Positions 1-10,079 are shown, counted from the stretch's first letter. The stretch is 64,000 nucleotides of DNA from Vicinamibacteria bacterium (GCA_964291235.2 OZ219815.1:192001-256000); one strand, 5' to 3'. The notes: a model not told the origin generated them from the sequence alone. Translations and numbers: made by a program.

Positions 1-729
1 CTCGCCATCCACGACGTGGTGGGGCGAGGCCACGTTGTCACGGCCTCGGGTCAGGGCAATCAGCGGCACCGTGCGTTCCATACCCAGTCGATCGAAGATG
101 CGGGAGTCCACGAAGTCGTGCCACGGCATCCCCGATACGCGCTTCACCACCTCGCCGGCGGTTGCGTACATAACGTTTTGGTAGATGAAACCGGACCGCA
201 TCGAGTACGCCGTTTCGACGTGACGAAGCCGCGAGAGCATCTCGTCCATGTCGGTGTCCTGCCCGTACCAGAAGAGGTCGGTGTTCGGCAGGCCCCCGCG
301 GTGGGTGAGGAGATCCCGTACTGTCATCGCCTCGCTGACCCAGGGATCGGCTACTTCGAACTCGGGGATGTGCTTCCGCACCGGGTCATCCCAGCCGAGC
401 TTTCCCTCGTCCACCAGGATCCCCAGCGTCGCCGCGGTCAGGGCCTTCGTGGTCGAGCCGATCGAGAACAGGGTGTCTGCATCCACGGCGTCGGGTTTGC
501 CGAGTTCGCGGGCGCCGTATCCACGCGCGAACAACAGTTCCTGACCCCGCACCACCGCGACGGCGAGCCCGGTGGCGTTCCAGTCGGAGACCGCCTGCTC
601 GACGTAGGCGTGGAACGCCTCGGCGTCGAACGTCTCGGCGGCGCCAACCGGGGGCGTCGCGAAGACGCACACCGCCAGCGATAGCGCGCACCAGACCCGG
701 CGAATTGCCGATTTCCCTCGTCGTTGCAT
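1..729 (-). CDS. Serine hydrolase, beta-lactamase/AmpC-like family (3' end truncated by window edge)
   Basis: Manual translation from ATG at 729: MQRRGKSAIRRVWCALSLAVCVFATPPVGA (signal peptide), then FSIGSTTK (SxxK motif) and TVRDLLTHRGG. It is absent from the ORF track because the stop lies outside the window. Confidence 0.9.
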   Translation of the reverse strand, partial: MQRRGKSAIRRVWCALSLAVCVFATPPVGAAETFDAEAFHAYVEQAVSDWNATGLAVAVVRGQELLFARGYGARELGKPDAVDADTLFSIGSTTKALTAATLGILVDEGKLGWDDPVRKHIPEFEVADPWVSEAMTVRDLLTHRGGLPNTDLFWYGQDTDMDEMLSRLRHVETAYSMRSGFIYQNVMYATAGEVVKRVSGMPWHDFVDSRIFDRLGMERTVPLIALTRGRDNVASPHHVVDGE

Positions 730-1086
730 CAGATGCCGGTCCTTTCCTCCGGTCAACTCCTTTCGTCAACTCCGCTTGTCCGGGGATGGAGCGCACCCTC
801 TCCGCCCGAACCCCAAAGGTATCGCACCCGCACCCATCCACGCCCATCCGGGAATTCGGTTCTGGAGCCGGTGAAGAGGCTGCAAATTGGACTTTTCGTG
901 TCACCCGTGCCATGTTGCAGGGGTGACACACATGACAAGCAATAGAGAGAGTTTGCGCACCACGATGCGTTCCCTATGGATGCTCATCGGGGCGATCGTT
1001 CGCTGGATCGGCTGGAGGCTGGGACTCCGCTAGATCGACAACGCCGAGCCGTTCTCGACTTCCAGAGGGCTGCCGGGCGTCGCTTC

Positions 1087-1986
1087 CTAACGCCCGGCCA
1101 CGCAGGGTTCTTCGCGGGGAAGGAGGGAGCGTGCGAGGAGTTGGTGCAGGGTTCCCTCGAAGTCCCATCGGGTGCCATGATTTGCGTCGGCGAAGATCTC
1201 CAGGAGATCGGCCGCGACCTGCCCCTCGTACACCCGGCACTCGAAGCCCTCCACGTCCTCCTCCGGGGGAGGCGGGTCCGGGAGCGGCCACGGCCGGTCG
1301 TTGAGCACTGACGGATCGGGAAGCATCGCCCCAGCGCTCACGTACACCTGCACGCGCTCCCCGGAGTAGGTCTCGGCGGCCGTATCCGCGGCCGCCCGGT
1401 CCAGCAGTGCCATCAAATCCCGGATCGCGGCGACGCGCGGATCGGTGTGAGCCGATGAAGCGAGCGCGTCCACCCGCAAGAGATGCAGGCCGCGCTGGTC
1501 CCGCAGATAGATCTCGGTGGCCGGGATGTCGGCGATGATCGGCCCGCTCTCCGGCTGGGGAATGTTCTCTTCCCCCACCTGGGAGACACCGGTGGCTGCC
1601 GTGGCCTCGATGATCGCCGCCAGATCCGCCTCGGAAACGCTCGCCTGCTGGATGTTCGGGAGGAGTGGGCCCGGAAAGATCGCGATGGTCGGCCCCTCGT
1701 AGAACAACTCGCCGCCCACGGTCAGCGCGTACTGGGGGGGCCGGCCCAGCAGGTACTCGATCGGGACGAAAGCCGGGCCCTCCCAGACTTCCAGAAAGAA
1801 ATGTCCGGCGTCATCGGGAAGATCGAGTGTGGCGGGCGGCGGCCCGACGGGGGGCGGCTCCGGAGGCGGCGGCGCCGTGGGAGCGGGAGCGTCGTCCGAT
1901 CCGCAGCCGGCAGCAGCCGCCAACACAACGAACAGCGCCAGCGGCCAGCCGCCGACCGGGCGCGATCGGGAACGGGAGTGCACCAT
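1087..1986 (-). CDS. Hypothetical lipoprotein with Pro-rich linker
   Basis: MVHSRSR...LFVVLAAAAGC lipobox followed by GSDDAPAPTAPPPPEPPP. Start re-assigned to the ATG at 1986, just after the upstream gene. Confidence 0.75.
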   Translation of the reverse strand: MVHSRSRSRPVGGWPLALFVVLAAAAGCGSDDAPAPTAPPPPEPPPVGPPPATLDLPDDAGHFFLEVWEGPAFVPIEYLLGRPPQYALTVGGELFYEGPTIAIFPGPLLPNIQQASVSEADLAAIIEATAATGVSQVGEENIPQPESGPIIADIPATEIYLRDQRGLHLLRVDALASSAHTDPRVAAIRDLMALLDRAAADTAAETYSGERVQVYVSAGAMLPDPSVLNDRPWPLPDPPPPEEDVEGFECRVYEGQVAADLLEIFADANHGTRWDFEGTLHQLLARSLLPREEPCVAGR

Positions 1987-2000
1987 GATTCCTCCGGGAT

Positions 2001-3107
2001 TCAGGCTCCGAGGGTTGCCCGGACGGCGAGACCGAGGCCGTAGAGGACACCCGAGAGCACGAGACCCACGGATGCCAGGCGGAGCCCGCTGCGCACCCCG
2101 GACCGTCCGGTGAACAGGCTGGTGGCGGCTCCTGAAATGAAGAGGGCCACCCCGCTCAGAGCCACCGCCCCCAGCACCGCGGCGTCGCTTCCCAGGCCGG
2201 CCGCCGGCAGCAGGGCGAGGGGCAGCAGCGGGACCAGCGCTCCGCTGCCGAAGCTCAGGAACGACGCCAGCGCCGAAGCCCATGGCGATCCCAGATCGTC
2301 CGGGTTCAGCCCCAGTTCCTCGCGCGTCAGGACATCCAGCGCCCGGGCCGGCTCGCTGATGAGACGCTTGCCGAGTTCCCGCGCCGTTTCGCGGTCCAGC
2401 CCGCGCGCCTCGAAGATCATGGCCAACTCTTCGGCCTCGTCGTCCGGATAGAGCCGCAGTTCCTCCTCCTCGAGAGCGATCTGGCGCTCGTAGAGTTCGA
2501 TCCGGGAGCGAACCCCGAGGTACTCCCCCGCGGCCATGGACACCGCTCCGGCGACCATCCCGGCGGCGCCGATGAGCAGCGCCGTCCCCGGAGCGGCGCC
2601 GGCGCCGCTGGCGGCCAGGATCAGGGCGGTGTTGGACACCAGTCCGTCGTTGGCTCCGAAGATGGCGGCATGGAGCGCCACCGCCCCGCGGGTGTAGAGG
2701 TGGCGCTGCTCCTCCCCGAGCAGATGATCGCGGGACTCCGGCCGGGAGAGCATTCCACCGGTCTCGCGCGCGAGGAGCACCTCGAGGCTCGACGGCGCCG
2801 ACCGGTACACGGAGAGGCCGCGCACCTTGAGAGCGGCAAGCGCCGGGAGCAGGGAACGGGGGCCGATCCTGCGGATGAGCGTTCCCACGAGCCGCACCCG
2901 AAAGGGCGCTTCGTAGGGCCCCGGCGGAGATCCCCCCGCCTCCTCGATCGCCTTGACCCAGGCTTTGCTCTGCTCGAGCGCGTCCGCCGACAGCGCCTTG
3001 AAGAGACGCTCGTTTTCACCGGTCTCGACTTCGGCGAGCACCAGGTAGAGCCAGGCGGCCTGGACCTCGCTCTCCCAACTGTCGAGCAGCGACGCCGTCT
3101 CCGCCAT
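2001..3107 (-). CDS. VIT1/CCC1 family Fe/Mn transporter with N-terminal ferritin/rubrerythrin-like region
   Basis: AIFGANDGLVS, AGAVSMAAGEY, LTREELGL and SFGSGALVPLLP motifs of the VIT1 family. Confidence 0.9.
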   Translation of the reverse strand: MAETASLLDSWESEVQAAWLYLVLAEVETGENERLFKALSADALEQSKAWVKAIEEAGGSPPGPYEAPFRVRLVGTLIRRIGPRSLLPALAALKVRGLSVYRSAPSSLEVLLARETGGMLSRPESRDHLLGEEQRHLYTRGAVALHAAIFGANDGLVSNTALILAASGAGAAPGTALLIGAAGMVAGAVSMAAGEYLGVRSRIELYERQIALEEEELRLYPDDEAEELAMIFEARGLDRETARELGKRLISEPARALDVLTREELGLNPDDLGSPWASALASFLSFGSGALVPLLPLALLPAAGLGSDAAVLGAVALSGVALFISGAATSLFTGRSGVRSGLRLASVGLVLSGVLYGLGLAVRATLGA

Positions 3108-3150
3108 CACCGAATCCCCAGGTCCGGGCAGCGCGGTCGAAGGATCCGCT

Positions 3151-4884
3151 TCATGGTGTCCCGGGCAGAGTACCCGACGGGAGTCCCATGCCCTTCGCCG
3201 CCTCCGGAAGTTCCAGCCGGTAGAGCGGCAGGGCGTCCACCCGGCGGATGATTTCCGCCTCGACATCGCGGAAACCCTCACCCCGCACCCCGCCGAATTC
3301 GGCTTCCAGCCGGGCGGCGCTCAGACCCTCGGGCAGACCTGAATTGCGTGGCGCGAGATCGTCCTCCCGCACCCCGTTCGCGAGCTGCGCCTGCATCCAG
3401 CGGGCGCCGGCCCGGTCCCGGGTCGCCACGAGCCCGAAGCGGGTTCCTGCCTCGTCCATAAGCAGATCGGCGAAGGAGAACCCGGTGCCGCCGGCCGCGG
3501 CATCGAGCTGTTCCTTCAGGAGTCCGGCTCCCTCGGAGACGTCTGGCGCCACCTGCACGATGCCGGCGCTCAGGAAGAAGTGGCGCGCCCAATCGCGACG
3601 CCCATGCAGGCTGAGCGGGAGACGGTCCAACAGACCGCGGGCTTCCTCGGCGCCGCCGGGGACCCGGGCCAGATCGAGCAGCGAGGGATGCCCGAAAGCA
3701 CCCCCGAGAGCCAGGAGCGCCGCCCGATTCTCGGCAACGGCGTCGCCGCCCACCGATCGGACCGCAGCCAGCGCGAACGTGCGCTGCAGCACCGCGGCGG
3801 TCCGGTCGGGCGCTTCCCGCAGGAGGTCCGCCTCACGGGCCAGCAGGGTGAGGTATCCGCCCACCCGGGAATGGACACCCGCGGCCGCCTCCCCGCCTTC
3901 CGTCCAGCGCACGACGATGGTCGAATCCGCGACGCGCACCTCATCGAAGGGCGCCAGCAGTACCCCTACCGCGGCATTGCGACGAAGCCAGCTCGAGAGC
4001 ATTCGCGAAGAAGATCGAACGACTACCGCTGGCGCCCCGAAGCCTCCGACCCGCAGCGAGCGGAACCCGACCCAAAATTCTCCGCCCTGGACCATCGGCT
4101 GGGCGATTGCGGAAATGTTCAGGAAGCGTTCTCCGAACACCGGAATCGTGACGGGGAGCGATCCCGCGATTTCCATCGAATCGCCGGCGGGCTGCGCGTG
4201 GACCCGGACCTCGGGATCCACGCCGACGGCGGCGAGCGCCAGCCGAAATCCGGCGGCAAAGGTCGCCGCGTTCAGGGTTGCCTCCGAACCGGGCGCCCCG
4301 TCCCGATAGAAATGGGTGAACGCCTCCCGGTACTGCCCGTCCGGGGATCCGGGCGGGCCGATGGGATCGGTTGCCGCAACCCGGTCGGTGAGCAGCAGGA
4401 GCAACACGGCCACCGCCGCCAGCAGGATCGCCGCCATGGCGATGAGCGCCGGAATCAGCAGCAGCGCCGAGCCGAACCCCCGGACCAGCACGGCGCCGAA
4501 CAGCACGCCGACGAACATCCCGGTGAGTGGGGCGAGGAGCGTCGCGAGTCCGGGAACGGCGAAGCTCTCGAACACCCGCCAGGGGGCGGCGTCCGGCGCG
4601 GCAATCACGAGCACCGTGACCACCGCTCCGACGAGCAGGGAAGGGAAAAGAACCAGAAAGAAACCGGTGACCACGCCCCGCACCCGGGGTAGGACCAGCG
4701 GAATGAGGATTCCGAGGGGCAAGAACCAAAGCCCCTGCCGGGACAATCCGTAGGCGAGCGAGCCGAAGTCGGATCCGGGGAAAGAGCCATCGGGTCCCCG
4801 CGCCGCCACGAACCAGCCGTAGCCGAGCAGGGCAGCGGCAGCCGCCAGGTTATGGAGGCCGATCCGGGAGCGCTCTTCCGTCAT
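3151..4884 (-). CDS. Hypothetical multi-pass membrane protein with C-terminal YfiM/DUF2279-like motifs
   Basis: About five N-terminal hydrophobic helices, then C-terminal DWARHFFLSAG...KEQLD...GTGFSFADLLMDEAG. Confidence 0.65.
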   Translation of the reverse strand: MTEERSRIGLHNLAAAAALLGYGWFVAARGPDGSFPGSDFGSLAYGLSRQGLWFLPLGILIPLVLPRVRGVVTGFFLVLFPSLLVGAVVTVLVIAAPDAAPWRVFESFAVPGLATLLAPLTGMFVGVLFGAVLVRGFGSALLLIPALIAMAAILLAAVAVLLLLLTDRVAATDPIGPPGSPDGQYREAFTHFYRDGAPGSEATLNAATFAAGFRLALAAVGVDPEVRVHAQPAGDSMEIAGSLPVTIPVFGERFLNISAIAQPMVQGGEFWVGFRSLRVGGFGAPAVVVRSSSRMLSSWLRRNAAVGVLLAPFDEVRVADSTIVVRWTEGGEAAAGVHSRVGGYLTLLAREADLLREAPDRTAAVLQRTFALAAVRSVGGDAVAENRAALLALGGAFGHPSLLDLARVPGGAEEARGLLDRLPLSLHGRRDWARHFFLSAGIVQVAPDVSEGAGLLKEQLDAAAGGTGFSFADLLMDEAGTRFGLVATRDRAGARWMQAQLANGVREDDLAPRNSGLPEGLSAARLEAEFGGVRGEGFRDVEAEIIRRVDALPLYRLELPEAAKGMGLPSGTLPGTP

Positions 4885-4890
4885 GCGGAA

Positions 4891-7800
4891 TCAGCGCGGG
4901 GCTCCCCGCGCCTCGGCGAGCGCCTGCCAGAACGGCGGGAGCTGTTCGTCCATCAGCCGGCGGTACTCCGTGCGGGCGGTCTCGAAGCGCTCCGTCAGCA
5001 TCTCGTGAACTTCGCGCTGCTGATCCGTCGGCGCGAAGTCCGCCCCGTCCCAGCCGGCGTCGTTCGCGAGGGCGCCGAGGCGGCCGTAGAGGCGCATGGG
5101 CGCGCGGAAAGCGTCCTCCCGGGCTCCGGTGAGCCCTACGTCGAAGAGGCGACCCTCAATGGCAACGGCCGTTCCGGCGATCTCCCCGGCGCTCTCGAGC
5201 AGCGCCTTGAATCGCTCGTCGCCGGCGTGGCGTTCCTGGAGTCCTTCGATCTCCCGGCGCACCCACTCGAGTTCATCCACCATCTCCGCCAGCTCGTTCA
5301 ACTGGGCGTGAATCGCGTCCAGAAACTCGTACTTTTGCCGGATGTCGTCGGCATTGGCGACGGATGCCGGATCCGCCTCCACCCGGAGCGTGGTTTCGGC
5401 GGAGTGCTCGCCCACGGTGACGCGCGCGGTGTAGGACCCCGGGGGCTGCAAAAGCCCGCGGTAGCCGGGGAAGATGTCGAGGTCCCAGGTCCGGATGCGG
5501 CGCTCCCCCTCTTCTCCCATCTGCACCCAATCCCGCTCCGGCGGCCGGGTGCGGAGCGTGGCCCGATCGGGCGTCTCGCCGCGGAGGTCCCAGTGGACCC
5601 GTGAGAGGCCGGCGGTTCCGGGTCCCCGCAAGGTGCGGATCACCTTGCCATCACCGTCGAGAATGGTGATCTCGGCGCCGGCGCCCGCCGCGTCCTCATC
5701 CAGCCACCACGAGATCGGCGCTCCGTAGGGAGCGTTCCGGCCGGTCACCAGGCTGCCGGGTTCGGACTTGATCGTTTGCCGGGGAAGAAATCTCCAGGCC
5801 GCGGGCGCATCGAAGACCCGGAGCTCCTCGTCCGAGACCTCGGCGAGCCCGCGGAGCGGCCCGATGCCGTCCAGGATGTAGAAGCCGCGTCCATAGGTCG
5901 CGACCACCAGGTCCTCGAAACGTTCCTGGACGACCATCCCGTAGATGGGAGCGGGCGGCATCCCGAGTTGGAGGGAAAACCAGGAGGCGCCGTCGTCGAG
6001 GCTGGCCCAGACCCGGTTGTCGGTACCCGCGAAGAGGAGGCCGGCACGCACGGGATCCTCCCGCACGATGTGGACGAACGAGAACGGGGACTCCCGGATC
6101 CCGCCGCCGATCCGCTCCCAGTTCTCGCCGAGGTCCCGGGTCCGGAAGATGTGCGGGCGGAAGTCTCCCGACTGGTGCCAACTCACCGCCAGGTAGGCCG
6201 TTTCCGGATCGTGGTGGGAAGGCTCGATGAACTTGACCCAGCCGTCCTGGTCGAGCCCGGGCACGTTCGCGCTGCGGTCGAGCCAGGTGTCGCCGCCGTC
6301 CGTCGTCACATGGACCTTCCCGTCCACGCTACCGGCCCAGAGCTGGCCGGCCCGGAGCGGTGACTCCGCGAGGGCGAAGAGGACGGACCCGTCGAAGGTG
6401 TAGAGGTTGTCGATGGTGACGCCCCCGGAATCCTGCTGGCGGGACTTGTCGTCGGTGGTCAGGTCGGGACTGACCGTCTCCCACGATTGGCCCCGGTTCC
6501 GGCTCCGGTGGACGAACTGGCTCCCGACCCAGGTGGTTCCCGGTTCGTGACGGGAAAGGACCATGGGGAAGTTCCAGTGCCAGCGCACCTTCAGATCGGC
6601 GGGGGCCCAGCCGTATCCGGCTTCCGGCCACACCCGGACGTCGCGGACGTGTCCGGTCCGGTCGTCGTAGATCTCGAGGCCGCCGTCGTAACACCCCGAC
6701 CAGACGACGTTGTCGTCGTGGGGCTCCGGGGTGGCCCAGCCGCTCTCGCAGCCTCCGACCCCGTGCCAGAGCCCGAGCGGGATCCCGCCGCCCGGCGTGC
6801 GGCTGGGTCCCCGGTAGGAGTAGCCGTCCTGGCGGTTCCCGTAGACCCGGTAGGGGATCCGGTCGTCCACGGTGACGTGGTACATCTGGGCGACCGGGGG
6901 GACCACCCGGCGCCAGCTCTCGCCGCGGTTCTCGGAGATGCTGCCGCCCCCGTCGTGTCCGACGAGGATGCGCTCCGGCATCCACGGGTCCACCCAGACG
7001 TCGTGGTTGTCGCCGCCCGCGCGGTACGAGGTTTCGATCAGCGTGCGGCCGCCGTCCACGGTGGTGCTGAAGAGCACCGAAGCGAAATAGACGCGGTCGG
7101 CGTTCGCCGAATCGATCGCGATGCGGACGTAGTAGGGCGCGCGTTCGGCGAGATCGTGGTGGGTCATCATGAGGCGCCAGGAGTCCCCACCATCGTCGGA
7201 GCGATAGAACCCGGGGCTCTCGTCCTCGATCAGGGCATACCAGCGGTCGGGGTCGCTGGGGGCGATCCCGACGGCGACCTTGCCGATGGGATGGGCTTCC
7301 CCGCCGGGGAGGCCCCGGCCGCCCTCTCCGCCGTCGGATCTCTCGCCCGAAATCCGCTCCCAGGACTCGCCCCCGTCGCTTGAGCGGTACATCCCGCTGC
7401 CCGGGCCCCCGCTCCGGAGGCCACCGGTGTCGATCTGGAGCTGCCACATCCCGGCGAGCAGCCGCTCGGGATGGCGAAGATCCATGGCGAGGTCGGAACA
7501 GCCGGTGTTCTCGTCCACGTGGAGGACCAACTCCCAGTTGGCGCCGCCGTCCCGGGTTCGATAGACCCCGCGCTCGGGCTGCGGCGCATAGGAGTGGCCG
7601 AGGGCGCAGGCGTAGACGAGGTTCGGGTCCTCGGGATGCACCAGGATGCGGGCGATGCGCCCGGTGGCTTCGAGGCCCCGATGGTGGAAGGAACGGCCGC
7701 CGTCGGTGGAACGGTAGATGCCGTTCCCCATCGCGAGCGCCGGCCGGATGATGAACGTCTCTCCGGTGCCGGCCCAGACCTGGCCGGGGTGCGACGGCGA

Positions 7801-8103
7801 GACCGCGAGCGCGCTGATCGAGGCCGCTTCCTGGTCGTCGAAGACCGGCTCCCAGGTGACCCCGCGGTCGCTCGTCTTCCAGATGCCTCCCGAGGCGGCG
7901 CCGAAGTAGATGACATCGGGGTTGCCCCACTCGCCGGCGGCGGCGCTCAGCCGGTTCCCGTCGGGACCGATGGTCCGCCAGGTGAGCCCCCCGAGCCGGG
8001 AAGGCTCGATCGTGCCTGGCTGGGCGGTGGCTACTGCCGGGAGGCTCAGCACGAGGCCCGGAACCAGAGCGAGGGTGAGACAGGCGGAGAGTCGGTCCGG
8101 CAT
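4891..8103 (-). CDS. Secreted VPS10/BNR-repeat (sialidase-like) glycosyl hydrolase
   Basis: Signal peptide, repeated Asp-boxes (SxDGGxSW/TW), WRTIGP, GGDNHDVWVDP and VVATYGRGFYILD. Confidence 0.85.
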   Translation of the reverse strand: MPDRLSACLTLALVPGLVLSLPAVATAQPGTIEPSRLGGLTWRTIGPDGNRLSAAAGEWGNPDVIYFGAASGGIWKTSDRGVTWEPVFDDQEAASISALAVSPSHPGQVWAGTGETFIIRPALAMGNGIYRSTDGGRSFHHRGLEATGRIARILVHPEDPNLVYACALGHSYAPQPERGVYRTRDGGANWELVLHVDENTGCSDLAMDLRHPERLLAGMWQLQIDTGGLRSGGPGSGMYRSSDGGESWERISGERSDGGEGGRGLPGGEAHPIGKVAVGIAPSDPDRWYALIEDESPGFYRSDDGGDSWRLMMTHHDLAERAPYYVRIAIDSANADRVYFASVLFSTTVDGGRTLIETSYRAGGDNHDVWVDPWMPERILVGHDGGGSISENRGESWRRVVPPVAQMYHVTVDDRIPYRVYGNRQDGYSYRGPSRTPGGGIPLGLWHGVGGCESGWATPEPHDDNVVWSGCYDGGLEIYDDRTGHVRDVRVWPEAGYGWAPADLKVRWHWNFPMVLSRHEPGTTWVGSQFVHRSRNRGQSWETVSPDLTTDDKSRQQDSGGVTIDNLYTFDGSVLFALAESPLRAGQLWAGSVDGKVHVTTDGGDTWLDRSANVPGLDQDGWVKFIEPSHHDPETAYLAVSWHQSGDFRPHIFRTRDLGENWERIGGGIRESPFSFVHIVREDPVRAGLLFAGTDNRVWASLDDGASWFSLQLGMPPAPIYGMVVQERFEDLVVATYGRGFYILDGIGPLRGLAEVSDEELRVFDAPAAWRFLPRQTIKSEPGSLVTGRNAPYGAPISWWLDEDAAGAGAEITILDGDGKVIRTLRGPGTAGLSRVHWDLRGETPDRATLRTRPPERDWVQMGEEGERRIRTWDLDIFPGYRGLLQPPGSYTARVTVGEHSAETTLRVEADPASVANADDIRQKYEFLDAIHAQLNELAEMVDELEWVRREIEGLQERHAGDERFKALLESAGEIAGTAVAIEGRLFDVGLTGAREDAFRAPMRLYGRLGALANDAGWDGADFAPTDQQREVHEMLTERFETARTEYRRLMDEQLPPFWQALAEARGAPR

Positions 8104-8251
8104 GCTACGGAGACGCTAACACCACCGGATCCGGGACAGGGCCTGGTGAGCCATACCGTGACGAACGCGACGGCCCGATACACAGCACCGCGTCGGCTGC
8201 CGCGGCGCCCCCTCCGGTACGATGGACAAACTCGCTTGGCGGAGGGAAACC

Positions 8252-9967
8252 ATGAAGAGATTTTCCGGGACAGCGCTCTTGATGACGGCGGCATGCCTTC
8301 TGGCCCCGTCCGCTCTGGCACAGCCCGCCTACGACGTGCTGCTCGTCGGCGGCATGGTGTTCGACGGAGGCGGCAACCCGGCGGTCCGGGCCGATGTCGG
8401 CATCCGGGGTGACGAGGTAGTCGCCATCGGGCGCCTGGCCGGCAAGGAGGGCCACGACGCCGCCCGGACCATCAACGTCACCGGTCTGTACGTAGCTCCC
8501 GGCTGGGTGGACCTCCACTCCCACGCCGACCGGTCGCTGGCCGGCGACAACATGGAGGAGCGAAGGGCGGTGAACCTGGTCGCCCAGGGCATCACCACCG
8601 TGGTGATGGGCGCCGACGGCCGGAACCCCGTCTGGCCGATCCGCGACGAGATCGCCGCCTACGAGAGCCAGGGAGTGGGCCTCAACGTGGTGCCGGTGGT
8701 GGGGCACTCCACCGTGCGCCTCCAGGTCATGGGCGACGACCACGAACGGCCCGCCACCGAAGACGAGGTGGCGCGGATGGCTGACCTCGTCCGCGAGGGC
8801 ATGGAGGACGGCGCCTGGGGTCTCGGGGCCGGTCCCGAGTACCGCCCGGCCCGCTTCTCGGAGACGAGCGAGATCATTGCGCTGGGGCACGTGATCGCCG
8901 ACTACGACGGGTTCTACTACTCGCACCAGCGGAGCCAGTCGCCGATGCCCCGCTGGCAGGTGCCGAGCATCGTGGACGGGCCGACCCTTACCGGGACCGA
9001 AGGGATGGCGGAAACCATCCAGATCGGCCGCGAGACCGGAATCCGGGTGGTCGGAACCCACATCAAGGCCAAGGGGCCGTCGAGCTGGGGCCATTCGGCG
9101 AAGGACGTGCAGGCGATCAACCTCGCGCGGGCGCAGGGGGTCCAGGTCTATCTGGACCAGTACCCGTTCGAGACCTTCGGCGGCGGCCCGGTGGGGGTGA
9201 TCCCCGTCTGGGGCTTCGCGCCTCCGGGAACCGACCGCTCCGGCGGACTCGATGATCCGAAGTGGCGGCGGACTCCGGGGCTCCTGAGTCTCGAGAACCT
9301 GGAGGCCAACCTCGCCGACGAGGCGACCCGCGCCGAACTGATGATGGACCTCGAGCAGCAGATCGACCTGTTCGGGGGCGCCAACCGGCTGATCGTCGTG
9401 CTTTTCCCGGAGGATCCGTCGCTCGTCGGGAAGACGGTGGCCACGGTGGCAGCGGACAGCGGCAAGAGCGTCGCCGAGACGCTGATCGACTTCGCCCGCA
9501 CAGGGAACGAGGAAATGCTCCACGGGGTGCTGATCCGCCCGATCGCGGGAGACCGGTTCGACGTGGAGACCTACATGGCGCAGGACTACACCGCGACGTC
9601 CACGGACGCCGGCATCGCGCTCGAGGCTTCTCCCGGGCGGCATCCCCGTTACTGGGGCAGCTACACGCGCAAGATCGCCCACTACACCCGCGACCGGGGA
9701 CTCATCACCCTGCCCTTCATGGTGCGTTCGTCCACCAGCCTGCCGGCCGCCATCGTGGGCATGACGGACCGCGGCTGCCTGCGGGTCGGCTGCAAGGCCG
9801 ACGTCGTGACGTTCGACTACGACCGAGTGGAAGACAACGCGACCATCATGAATCCGGACGGTCCCGTGGTGGGGATGCCCTGGGTGCTCGTCAACGGCCA
9901 GGTCGCGATCGAGAACGGCCAGGCCACCGGAGCGCTCGCGGGCGTAGTCATCAAGCGCGGCGAGTAG
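8252..9967 (+). CDS. N-acyl-D-amino-acid deacylase family amidohydrolase (secreted)
   Basis: Signal peptide MKRFSG, then PGWVDLHSHAD, QGITTVVMGADG, HPRYWGSY and DRGCLRVGCKADVVTFD. RBS GGAGGG upstream. Confidence 0.88.
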   Translation: MKRFSGTALLMTAACLLAPSALAQPAYDVLLVGGMVFDGGGNPAVRADVGIRGDEVVAIGRLAGKEGHDAARTINVTGLYVAPGWVDLHSHADRSLAGDNMEERRAVNLVAQGITTVVMGADGRNPVWPIRDEIAAYESQGVGLNVVPVVGHSTVRLQVMGDDHERPATEDEVARMADLVREGMEDGAWGLGAGPEYRPARFSETSEIIALGHVIADYDGFYYSHQRSQSPMPRWQVPSIVDGPTLTGTEGMAETIQIGRETGIRVVGTHIKAKGPSSWGHSAKDVQAINLARAQGVQVYLDQYPFETFGGGPVGVIPVWGFAPPGTDRSGGLDDPKWRRTPGLLSLENLEANLADEATRAELMMDLEQQIDLFGGANRLIVVLFPEDPSLVGKTVATVAADSGKSVAETLIDFARTGNEEMLHGVLIRPIAGDRFDVETYMAQDYTATSTDAGIALEASPGRHPRYWGSYTRKIAHYTRDRGLITLPFMVRSSTSLPAAIVGMTDRGCLRVGCKADVVTFDYDRVEDNATIMNPDGPVVGMPWVLVNGQVAIENGQATGALAGVVIKRGE

Positions 9968-9982
9968 TCGTTCGGGGCGGGC

Positions 9983-10012
9983 GGCTGCCCCCGGCCCGCT
10001 CCGGGGGCAGCC
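9983..10012 (+). terminator. GC-rich hairpin after the amidohydrolase (possible terminator, no U tract)
   Basis: GGCTGCCCCCGG-CCCGCT-CCGGGGGCAGCC forms a 12-bp perfect stem. Confidence 0.45.
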
Positions 10013-10035
10013 GGCCCCCTGCGACAGCGCGTTCT

Positions 10036-10062
10036 CCTTACGATGATATGCTAACAGTAAGG
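10036..10062 (+). promoter_or_regulatory. Promoter -10 (TATGCT) flanked by inverted repeat CCTTAC/GTAAGG, a likely TA autoregulatory operator
   Basis: ccttac-gatgaTATGCTaaca-gtaagg lies directly upstream of the antitoxin. Confidence 0.5.
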
Positions 10063-10079
10063 TAACAGGAGATCGCAAA

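Noticed and set aside
976-1311. 111-aa ORF on the + strand
   Set aside because: It mostly overlaps the lipoprotein gene in antisense and has no RBS or recognisable motif.
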